From assembly GCA_018398765.1 (NCBI GenBank), contig JAHBMJ010000494.1, positions 1 to 46,383 on the forward strand: a stretch of DNA of 46,383 bases. The letters run 5' to 3'. The DNA comes from Chromera velia. Its lineage: Eukaryota. The notes under the pieces were generated by a model that saw only the letters and a program-made list of their open reading frames with translations, was not told where the DNA came from and made no database searches. The position numbers were made by a program, and so were the translations under genes. Shown in pieces: positions 26,434-36,085 of the stretch; positions within the stretch are counted from its first letter, which is position 1, and every line of letters starts with the position of its first letter.

Positions 26434-27525
26434 TTATAAAAACATCCTCAGCTCCCCTTTTTGTTCTTGTGTGAGCTCCCCACTCTTCTGAACGGCTTCT
26501 TCGATGCTTTTCCTGGCTTGTTCTGTTTCAAATTGTGCAGTTTGGGTCGGGGAGCAGGCATGGAGGGGTATTGTTTCGGGATCGCCGTCTTCAACGACTT
26601 CGGTTACTAGGGCCGAGACGTTGGGAAGGTCAGGAGGTGTGGCTATTGATGTCGCAGGGTGGCTGGAAAGGGATCGTTCAGCGGACCCCCCTCTTTCCTT
26701 GCTCACTTCCTGTTTTCCTTTCTCATCAGCTTCTGGCAGGGTCATGCAAACTGTGACAACTGCCACAAGCATGAAAGGTTTCACCGTGCATTCATGGGTT
26801 ATGCAATTGCAGAGTGCTACTCGAACCGAGTGGTTTTCGACTATTGATACCGTTTCTTGCATTTCTATTCCTGCAGGTAGCAACTCCCTGCGAGGAACAG
26901 TCAGGGGCGACACGCACACCATGGTCCCGTCGGGCATGGGAGTTCCGTCGGGGATCCTAATGTTCAAATAAGAGAGAGTGAGGGGGTATAGGACCTGAGA
27001 TGAGGGAAGAGAGAGAGAGAAAGGAAGAAAACTTCTTTCTTTTTCCAGCACAGTCATAGGGGTCAGAGTAACAGGCAAAGGAGGCAAAGAGCCTGGCGTG
27101 ACCCCCGTCTCCTTGAGAAATAGGCAGTCTGGTTTGAATCCAACCGCCTCAGTATGGGTTCGACAGAAGTCAATCCCCAGAATGCATGCATGTCGTGTAT
27201 TCCTCATGACATAGAAGGTCTGTTTCCTTACCTTGTCCATAAAAAGACTCAACGTAATCACCCCCACATTCTCCAAACATTCCCCTCCTTCATCTTTCAA
27301 CTTCATGGGGGATGGATATATTGTCAAACGGTAAGACCCTCCATGCATAGCATTCAACCTCAACAACACTTCTTCCCCCAGTGTCGACACATCACTCCCT
27401 GTGTCAATCAGAGCTGGGATCATGAACGTTTTTTCCAGGTCAATGCACATTCCTATCCTACTGGCCGCAGGGTGGAGATTGATGTGGGTGACAAGTGCTT
27501 CTCTCTGCGGTACAACTGGGGCCAT
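26434..27525 (-). pseudogene. Retropepsin aspartic protease plus long spacer
   Basis: ALIDTGSDVS and CILGIDF motifs. Confidence 0.9.
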
Positions 27526-27820
27526 TCCGGGCGCCTGACTCTGCCCCTCGAAGGCAGGCGCCTAGGCAGGCGCATCAGTGTTTTTGCTGGCCCAAGGGAG
27601 TTCGGTTGGCTACTGAGGCTATGACTCCGGATGGAGGCAACGCTCTCAAGGGGGGTCTGTCCATAACTCTCGGGAGTGACATAGGGACACCAGGGGTCCC
27701 TCTTCGGGGCATGACCTGGTGTGGTTGGCCTGAGGCTCCTCTTGCAGCTAGGGGTGCAACCCAAGGCTCCTGTTGGATAGGTCGGCCCCGGCCCGCAGGC
27801 GGCCCTGAGGGCTCAAATCG

Positions 27821-28156
27821 TCACCCCTGGGGTCTGTTCCAGGGCCTTTTCTGATTGTTACGTGTCCACCCGTTCTGCTGAGGGAGTGTAAACTCCGAAG
27901 AGTGGGGGTCGGGAAGCTCACGTCTAGGAGGGGGCCCACCCCTGAACTGAGTACCTTCCCATCGTCCTCCAGACCTAAAAGCATCCCTGCTGTAGGCATC
28001 TTGCCCCCATCTAATTCTAATTGGTGGGTTGGGGCAAGTTGCTTTGATATGTCCTGTCTGTTTACACCGGTGACAGGTGGTTGAAGCAGGAACAGGGCAC
28101 CCCTCTTCTGTGTGTGGTCTCGTTCCTGCACACCGCTCACACTGCACTTCTGGCAT
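27821..28156 (-). pseudogene. Gag nucleocapsid with two zinc knuckles
   Basis: CERCAGTRPHTEEGC and CHRCKQTGHIKATC. Confidence 0.88.
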
Positions 28157-28284
28157 TGTTGAGAACCCTTCGCATCATCTCTTCTGGGGGCATCATCAAC
28201 TATTCTTCCTTACTTTGCGACTGGACATTTGACTCTTCTCCTTCTACTGCTGAAATCCGAAGACGTTTGATGGGTCGGTCTCCC

Positions 28285-28815
28285 TCACTTACCCCCCCTA
28301 TTTCTTGGTTTCGTTTCTTTTTCACTACGTCCTCCCACTTCCTCAGCTACACCTGCATCTAGCTCTTCAAAAGTGTCATACGTTTTGCTTTCTATTTGAA
28401 TGCAGACCTGATCATCCTCCAGGCCCTCAATAAAGGCTGCTAGTGCGGTCGGGTCGTCGGTGCCTTGGTCTGCAATCCCGCAATTTTCCTCAAAATGTCG
28501 AACATACTCAGTAGAGCTCTCCCCAAACTTCTGAGCGATCTGCAACAGCTCTCTCTTCTTGTGCTCTGCTTCTCTCTCATCTATGCCATATTTTTTCATG
28601 AACAGCATTTTTAGGTCTTTATGAGTGGCACACTTGGCTATCCTTTCAGGGGGTAACATCTCAAACCATTCTTTTGTAGGTCCTTTGAGGGTAGTTGGGA
28701 GGTAAATGTTTTTGAGGTTTGTGAATGTCCACCCGAGGCTCTCATACAGTCTCATCAACGAGTTCCAAAAACCCCAAGCCTTCACGTGGTCTCCGTCAAA
28801 CGATGGTGAGTCCAT
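28285..28815 (-). pseudogene. Gag capsid (retrotransposon gag)
   Basis: PSFDGD, LKGPTKEWF, LKMLFMKKY, QKFGESSTEYVRHF, FIEGL. Confidence 0.88.
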
Positions 28816-29110
28816 CTTTACTTTGGGGAGGTTAAAGGGGGGCAGGGATGGAACTATATCGGCGCCTGGGGTCTGCAGCGCAATGGCACTCTAGATAATG
28901 CCATGTCAACAGACATGGGTTCTATGCAGCGAAGCTTCAGTACCCCCATATCGGATCTTGTCAGAACAATCCCCATGTTGTGCAATTCAGACAACACCTC
29001 TGGAGAGGCCTCTCGTGATAGGATCTCTTCTCCATCCTCCCCTAAGTCTCCTACCTCTAGACCCTGTATCCTACTCCTTCTATGCATCGGATCTGTACAT
29101 CTATTTCCTG

Positions 29111-30393
29111 CATAGTTGCACAAGTACACTGTACTACACTGTACTACACTGTACTGTACTGTACTACTGTACTATAATATCTACACTGTACTGTACTACT
29201 GTACTAGACCTTAAAAAAAAATTTCTTCTATTTCTAGTGTCCTAAGGGGTCTCTTAACCTACATTAATACTGTATCAATGTGTGCTAAGTTATCATATGG
29301 TAATGATGAATTACAGTAACTTAGAGAAAGCTTCCAAAAGAATTGAAACTATATGTTATACATATATATATATAATTATATATACAAAATATAAATTCAT
29401 ATACCATCATTACAACAGTCCTAGCAACAGTCTCAGCAGTCTGCCCCCCCCCTCCCTCCCTGTCCTTTCTGTCAGACTCAGAAAAGAGCCTCTCTAAACT
29501 CTAGTCCGATGCTTTTCAGGTATTCAACTACCATCTCTCCATCCAACTCATCATCGAATGCCTCTACTAACTCATTAGACGCAAGGTCGAATCCCTGCAG
29601 GCCCAAAATCTGTGTCTCTCTTCTATGATGCCCCGGGCCGGCATTCCTCTGATGAACCCTCTGGAGGTGGAGGTTGGCGGAGGTTGGCATGTGTGGTGAC
29701 CAGCAAGTCCTAGTGCGGCTAGGTGAGACGGTTTCTCTTCTCAGAGTAAACCTGGCTGTAGAGAGAGAACCTCCGCTCCGAGACTCCCGTTAGCGGCCTG
29801 AAAGACCTCCGTGGTAAGGGCGGCGTTCTTGGAAGCTGCTTCCACAAGGTTGTCCCGGCACCACCAGGAGAGGTAACCGTTGTCCACCTTGTTGTCTGAC
29901 GATATACAGTTAGGCTGAAGAGGGTGTGTTGCAGCCTGTACTGCTTTGCACCACTTCAACATTATCTACAAGGATATCGTTACCTTGGATTCCCTCCACC
30001 CCTCGACTTCAACATACAAAACCTCGTCTAAAGACCCGAGGGATAGAACGGAAACATTGTATTCTCGTGGTTGAGAGGCTTCACTTGAAGCCATTTTTTT
30101 CTCTAATTTATGTTTTAGAATGCAAACTTTAACTATTTACTATTTACTATCTTAAATTACTATAAAAACATCATGAAAACTCACTAAAACACTAGTAAAA
30201 AGTTACTAAAACTTAGCTTATAAACATGCTAAACATGCTAAAACTTAGCTTAAAAGCTTATAAAAAGGTAGTGGGACGAGTGGCGGGCGGCCCCCCCAAT
30301 TTAGTGAGGCAGGGCGGGGCGGGCCGCTCGAATTGTACTGTACTGTACTATACTAGTTTTGCTTCTACACTGTACTGTACTAGTGCAACTATG
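29111..30393. mobile_element. Non-autonomous 8-bp-TSD DNA transposon (P- or hAT-like, CATAG termini)
   Basis: 18-bp TIRs CATAGTTGCAC(A/T)AGTACA, perfect TSD ATTTCCTG (29103-29110, 30394-30401), and CTGTA subterminal repeats. Excision restores the minus-strand frame LVGPGN|RCTDP. Confidence 0.92.
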
Positions 30394-30745
30394 ATTTCCT
30401 GGCCCTACTAGTTGTTCTACCCTCTCTTCCCCTACTTCCTCTGCCTGCACCTCTTGGACCATAGGGTTGGCGCATGCCGGGGCCCGCCGGGTTCCTTTTT
30501 GCCCCCCCCCGCCCATATGTAGGCGGCGCTTCGCCGCCGAAAACTCAACTGAACCAACCAAGTAGCCTCCAGAGCTGAAAGTTGGGGGATTTCTCACCCA
30601 TCCCACTCTTATCAATTCTATGGAACAGAATTTGCAGACTCAACCTATAGCCTCTGCACCAGCAGTTTCCTGTTTGGCAATGTGTATAGACTTTTATTTC
30701 TGAGGTGTTGTTCACTGTTGTTTGAGCTCAGTTCCAGACTGAGCC

Positions 30746-32109
30746 ATGTTGCAAGCCACGATGCCACCGCTCCCACCGCCCAAATCTTCGAAGGGGCGTA
30801 AAGGAGTGGGAGGGAGACCCACAAGAGCAGAAGCAGAAGGTCTGAAGGACAGATATGTACCCTTAGGAGAGTACCGTACCAACCTTGTCTCAACCATGTG
30901 CGGTTCGTCTCCTGCATTGGAAAGGCCCCACCACATAGCAGGGCTAGAGGCCATCAAGGCCTATAGGGACAGAGAAATGCCGCCTTTCACTGCAGTGCGG
31001 ACCGAACAGCAACAGCAGGAGCGAGATGCCCACCAGCAAGAGCAGCATAAAAGGAAGAGACGGATGAGTGAGCAGCCGGGGGTGTATTGGGGGCAGGTTG
31101 TAAAGCGATTTGCATCTGATGCCCCGTCTTGGCCCCTTCATGACAAGTACAAAGAGGCCGCAGATGCGCTTTCCTCTGCAGCTCCCTTGCCTCCTATTCC
31201 CGAGGAGGACCCCGACGCTGCTAACGGCAGCTACGAGAACGGCCGCCGGAATCGGGCCAACACGATTGAGAAGCTCGACAGTTGTCGGGACGCCCCGTCC
31301 TTCCATGGAGCGCCCATCCTTGACCCCCGAGACTATGAGAGGTCAGGGAAGGGTGCAGAAAAATTGGCCGACAAGACGACCGCAGTGGTTGGGCTAGTGG
31401 ATGACCTGTATGGGCTGAAAGGCCTGCCCGCAGAAGAGCGTGCGGAAGGCCTCACATCGGCCTTTGCTTCGATCGCGTGCAAGGCCTCCTCCATCAAAGA
31501 AATGGAATTGGCCGAGAAGATTGCAGAGAACACACAGCAGGGGGGGTATCGTTTCGTAGATACAGAGAGGGAAAATAGAGCAGATATGCCCTTTCACATC
31601 AAAAAGAGACTTGAGAGAGTGAGGGGGTTGAACAAGATGTGCAAGATTAAGAGCAAGCAGGCGAAAAGTCTGAATTTCTGGCTCCACAAGAAATGGAAGA
31701 GAACTCCAGCCGATTGGCTCGACTATTGTCTGCGCAATGGCCTCATCCGGACAAAGTTGGGGAGGCTGAGAAGGTTTCTGGGGTTCGAGGTTGTCCCAGA
31801 CCCTAAGGATGTGTTTGGGCCCCTGTGTGACTTGCAAAAGAAGCTTCGTGAGCAGGGGTTCTTCCGACCGTGCTCCAAGTTGGTTGGGGAGGTGACAAAA
31901 AAATTGAAGGAGAAAAACAAGGAGGGAAGGGGGGAATATTTGCTGCATTCACAGTCAATCCTGCAGACTACATACGGCTTCTGATGGAAGATGAGTGGGG
32001 GGGGGAATACTTCTCTACCAACGCGGACCTCTCAGAAGAAGGAGTCATCGGCCAAGAGTGGGTCGTCTCCATCGATGGCTCCTCTGGGTCTGGCCTAGCT
32101 GACGGTTGG

Positions 32110-32166
<57 letters not shown>

Positions 32167-32313
32167 GTATGTATGTGTATGTGTGTGTGTGCATGTGTGT
32201 CTGTGTGTGTGTGTGTGTGTGTATGTGTGTTTGTGTTTCTGTTTCCAGTTTGTGTTACCCTCGCAACCGCTCGCAACTTGACCCCTGCACAAAATTGTGT
32301 GTGTGTGTGTGTA

Positions 32314-32348
<35 letters not shown>

Positions 32349-33412
32349 GTGCGGCAGAATTCATCTGCATTCGCCGTTTTCGCACGACCATGTGGAGAAG
32401 TGCCTGCGTGTGTCAGGAATGCAGGCAAGGGAGGAGGTCCTCTGCGAGTGAGGCTGAGCTGAATACAGAAGAGGGGGACGAAATTCCCTCCCCCTGTGAG
32501 GAAGAGGAGGAAGCGAAAAGGAAAGAGGGGGAGGAGACAAAGAAAACCAAGATCCAGCCCCTTTGCCGTCATGAGTGCAGCTGCCCTCTCGAGCCAAACG
32601 AGGAGGGCAAGCAGTGTGGACGGAAAGTCCTGTACGAGATGAACTCTCTTTGGAGGGACAGCATCCTAATCAACATAGACATACTGATTCCGGTAGCCAA
32701 TCCGGAGCTCTCGAAGAAGCCAACTGCCCCAAAGTTCGTCTGGCCAAAGAAGAGTCTGCAGGGGCAGACTGTTGTGAAGCTGTCCCTTCAGCACAAAGAC
32801 ATGTTCTGCATATGCCACATGACGGACACAAAAGAGAGGATTATGCAGATATCGTTGTTTCAGTGCCTGCATATTCTTCGTATGACAACAGATTTGGATA
32901 TGAAAGGGACAGGAAACTACGCAGCTGCGTTGTGGCAGTTGAAAGATCTTTTTCTGCAGATTTATAAACATACGGGGGTAAAGTGGAATGAGACCCTCCA
33001 CAGGCTTGAGCATGCCTGGTATTGGCTGAGAACGAGGGGGTCTTATGGGAGGGTCTTCAATATGCAGGCTCATGAAGCCTTCAACCGGGTCATTAAGGAG
33101 GCCTTTTCATCAAAAGGCGCCTCAAGTCATGGTACGTTTGGCACAAAGGCCCCAACGGGAAAGTGGGAGGGAAGAGACCTGGACATGGGCCGTCGGCTAG
33201 TGACTGGCCATCTCTTGCAGACCCTGTCGGCTTCCAGTACCGCCGACAGAAGGACAGAGGCGCGGACCGCTTCCCGCCTTGAACTAATGCTTGCACCAGG
33301 TGAGAAGGAAGACCTCTCGTCAGAGAGTGAAGCTGATTCCGATGCCGATTTAGACATATCTGTTGAGCTTGATTTCGTTGAAGACGTTCAGGACCAAGAT
33401 GAAAACATGTAA
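30746..33412 (+). pseudogene. RAG1/Transib/Chapaev-like DDE transposase (frameshifted, microsatellite-filled intron region 32105-32357)
   Basis: VFGPLCDL (31811; cf. RAG1 IFQPLHAL). WVVSIDGSSG (D at 32074; cf. Transib KWGCDGSSG). CICH (32807). LHRLEH-x8-GSYG-x-QAHEAFNRVIK (E at 33074; cf. RAG1 HKTLAH...GSIG...EGNESGNK). 1-nt frameshift near the G run 31929-31934. The second catalytic Asp was not located. Confidence 0.7.
32111..32351. repeat. (CT)n and (GT)n microsatellites in putative intron(s)
   Basis: Donor GTTGGT at 32105; candidate acceptors TTCCAG (32248) and GGCAG (32357). Confidence 0.85.
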
Positions 33413-33760
33413 AAAAAAATTAATAGCATATAAATTTTAAGCATTAAATTTTAAGTCATTTGAACTCTACTTTAAATTAAGTAGATTCAGGTGACGTATA
33501 TTTGCGTAGCATAGCATAGGATTGATATTAACCGTCAACTATATTTTTAACTAGAATTTATAAATCAATAAATAAAGTATACATAAAGTATATAAACTAT
33601 AATTTAAATGAAATACATTAACCGTCAACTATATTTCAAACTAGAATTTCTCAGTTTAAATTTTATACTTCGATCAAAAACAATTTAAATTATAAGTATA
33701 CTTTAAGCATAAATTAAAATTTAAAATAGAATTAAATGAACGGTTTTTTGTTTAAAATCA
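33413..33760. other. AT-rich spacer between the convergent genes (likely shared 3' UTR/polyadenylation region)
   Basis: Abrupt AT enrichment after the stop at 33412, AATAAA at ~33572, and a ~33-bp direct repeat ATTAACCGTCAACTATATTT..AACTAGAATTT at ~33527 and ~33617. Confidence 0.55.
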
Positions 33761-33872
33761 AACCTCAAACCTCAATGACTCAAACATCAAAATCAAAGTA
33801 GACTTTATCCTGTCCGTCATCGGCCGAATCCTCTGCGGGCGCCGAAGGCTGAAAAGAGAGTGGCGGCCCACT

Positions 33873-35400
33873 TCAAGCCACCTGAAGGACACCTGCTCCT
33901 GCTGCAGCCACTGCTGCAGGTGCTGGTGCAGCAGCAGAAGAAGAAGAAAAGGCCACAAACGTCACCCACTCCATTGCTGCAGGGTTGTTTGGGATATCAT
34001 ACACCAGGTGAAGGGATGCCGACCCCACCCTGCTGCTGCTGAACAACATGTAAATGGAAGGACAAAGGAGCCGTCTTGCCACCCCCCCCTCCACTCCGAA
34101 CCATCGGTTAAAGACGGCATCGACCTGCAACCCGGGCAGCACACCCTGGATCGCCTTTCCCCTCAGACGGACAACGCAGGGGCGCTCCATGGCTGTCCTA
34201 AATTGGACGGCCTCCATCTTAAGGAGGCGCTCCACTGCCTTCCACCTCTTTGCATCATTTTGGGGCTGCCTTTTCTTCAGCTTTCTCTTCTTCCCCCCTC
34301 CTCCCTCCGCTCCTTCTTCCTCCAAGGTCACCTCCTCCTCGGGGTTGTAGTTCGTTGTCAGTAAGGCACGCATCCTCTCGTCCATCACGTCGAATACGGG
34401 ATCCACTCCACAAATCACCTCTGCACTCATAGAGGCGCACATACACCATCAAGTCATTCATCCCTCCATCCATCACCAGGTAGGCAGGCAGGCAAACAGC
34501 CCGGCAGACAGGCAGGCAGACAAGGCAGGCAGACAAAGTAGGCAGGCAAGGTAGGCAGGCAAGGCAGACAGGCAAGGCAGGCAGGCAGGCAGGCAAGCCT
34601 GGCAAGGCAAGGCAGGCAGGCAGGCAGGCAAGGCACGCAAGGCAGGCAGGCGGGCAGCTGGGCAGAGAGGCAGGCAGGCAAGTACAGGCAGGCAGGTAGG
34701 GTCCACCTATCTGTTCATGCACTCATGCATCCATGCACCTATTCTTCCGTTTCCCCGGTCCAAACACCCCTCCACAGTGTGACCAGCACTGCTTCATTGG
34801 GGGAGAAAGATGTATCGAATCACCTTTCGGAATGTCGTCCTGCTCGGCTGACGCATCTACTTCCCCCAGTCCCAGAACGACCCTCCCCCATACGTAGTGA
34901 AGTCTGAGGAACCCCGTCAGAATGTCCATCTGGTAAGTAGCGAGCGAGAGGACTCGGTACTTCAACGCGAAGTACTTGAGGCCGTTCGACACGCACAATC
35001 TGTAGGACAACCAATTCAATGAATCATGAAATTCATTGAATTCGTCCTTGCACAAGTCAAAAAAGGCCCAGCCCCTCGCAACCCAGTGCTCTGGGATTTC
35101 TTTTGGGGCCTCTCTGGCCCCGTACTCAGGCCTCCGCATTGTCGACAAGAGCAGAGTTTCGAACAAAATAGAGAAAGAGTTGGTCATTTTCGATTGGAGC
35201 GAGTCAAACAATTTAAGGACTCCGTCTTTCTTCTCTTTTGGGGGGGCCGACTTTCCTTCCAACGCTAAAATTAGGGCCGTGATGGGTCCCTCATCCAGAA
35301 ATATGCTTGTGCACTGCCTCACTGCTGCGATGGCTGCCTCCACACTTTCAGCAGCCATGGAGACGGAAGGGAGCGGACACGAACTTTTTTTAAAAAACAA
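33873..35400 (-). CDS. Second, convergent gene of the transposon, unknown protein (probably two exons, ~35358-34739 and ~34420-33873)
   Basis: 225-aa and 189-aa ORFs separated by a (CCTG)n tract, starting at the inner edge of the right TIR, with basic NLS-like KKRKLKKR. Exact splice junction and frame unresolved, so it may be a pseudogene. Confidence 0.55.
34478..34700. repeat. (GGCA)n degenerate microsatellite (putative intron)
   Basis: GGCA/AGGCA repeats, with a minus-strand AG|GTGCAT donor at 34738. Confidence 0.85.
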
Positions 35401-35600
35401 ACTGGCAAACAGGAAACTGCTGGTGCACTAGCTATAGTTAAAATCTGGAGATTCTGTTCCATAGAATTGATGGGAGTGGGATAGGTAAGAAATCCCCCAA
35501 CTTTCAGCTCTGGAGGCCACTTGGTTGGTTCAGTCGAGTTTTCGGCGGCGAAGCGCTGCTTTGGGGGGGCAAAAAAGAACCCGGCGGGTCCCGGCATGCG

Positions 35601-36085
35601 AAAAAGTCCGATCCTAGAGGCACCCTGGCGTCTGCTAGTGCCAGGTTTCATGCCTCGAGATCGAGGGTTGAAGAGACAGAGATGGAAGGCCCCTCCAACA
35701 CCACATCGTTTCCCCCTTCGGTCTTCATATGCACTTGACGGACGTAAGCCTTCATGGGGGGGCTCCCGTCTGCAAGCCCTCTGCCGGAAGAGAACAATAA
35801 GGTGAGGAATTTCCGCGCGGAAAGTCTATACAGGTGGCGGTAGACAACCGCCTGCTCTCTCCGGATATTGATAGTTTTAGCCGACAGGTTCAGAGTTCTT
35901 CTCCCCCCCTCGACGGCCACATGGCGCTCGTCGGTCTCTTTCCTAAGAAACCTTAGCTCCCTCAGAAAACCCGCCCTGTTCCCAAACTTCCGCCGCAGCA
36001 TTCTGACCGTCAGCCTGTCGAAAACAGCAAGCTTGCGCTGCGATCCACTGAGAAGATGAAAAGCGTCTCGGCTCATTTCTCTCAA
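35601..36085 (-). pseudogene. Probable N-terminal part of the Gypsy gag ORF
   Basis: The 145-aa ORF continues past one stop, in frame across both excised insertions, into 30470-30402 and 29110-28854. Confidence 0.6.

Larger units (their letters stand above)
30473..35598. mobile_element. Two-gene TIR DNA transposon with RAG1/Transib-like (CMC) transposase, apparent CG TSD
   Basis: ~205-bp imperfect TIRs (30473-30680, 35401-35598) starting CATGCCGGG, with CG on both flanks. Excision leaving one CG restores the minus-strand frame GSDFF|ANPMVQ. Two convergent coding regions inside. Confidence 0.85.
22810..36085 (-). mobile_element. Decayed Ty3/Gypsy chromovirus LTR retrotransposon with two nested DNA transposons
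   Basis: Domain order gag-CCHC-PR-RT-RH-IN-chromodomain with many stops and frameshifts. PPT followed by TG at 23170. The 5' LTR was not found and the outer boundaries are approximate. Confidence 0.9.

Noticed and set aside
30473..30530. Canonical RSS heptamer/nonamer in the TIRs
   Set aside because: The terminus is CATGCCG, not CACAGTG, and the TTTTTG tract is in the opposite orientation to a nonamer. Only the 11-bp asymmetry is retained as an analogy.
31968..32462. HT/CV/RE-repeat ORFs
   Set aside because: They are translations of dinucleotide microsatellites.
33873..35400. RAG2 orthologue
   Set aside because: No Kelch GG repeats or PHD Cys/His pattern are visible, so no symbol was assigned.
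30473..35598. Mutator/MuDR classification (long TIRs, convergent genes)
   Set aside because: There is no 9-11 bp TSD, and the DGSSG, HxxxH and ExxN motifs fit CMC/Transib better.
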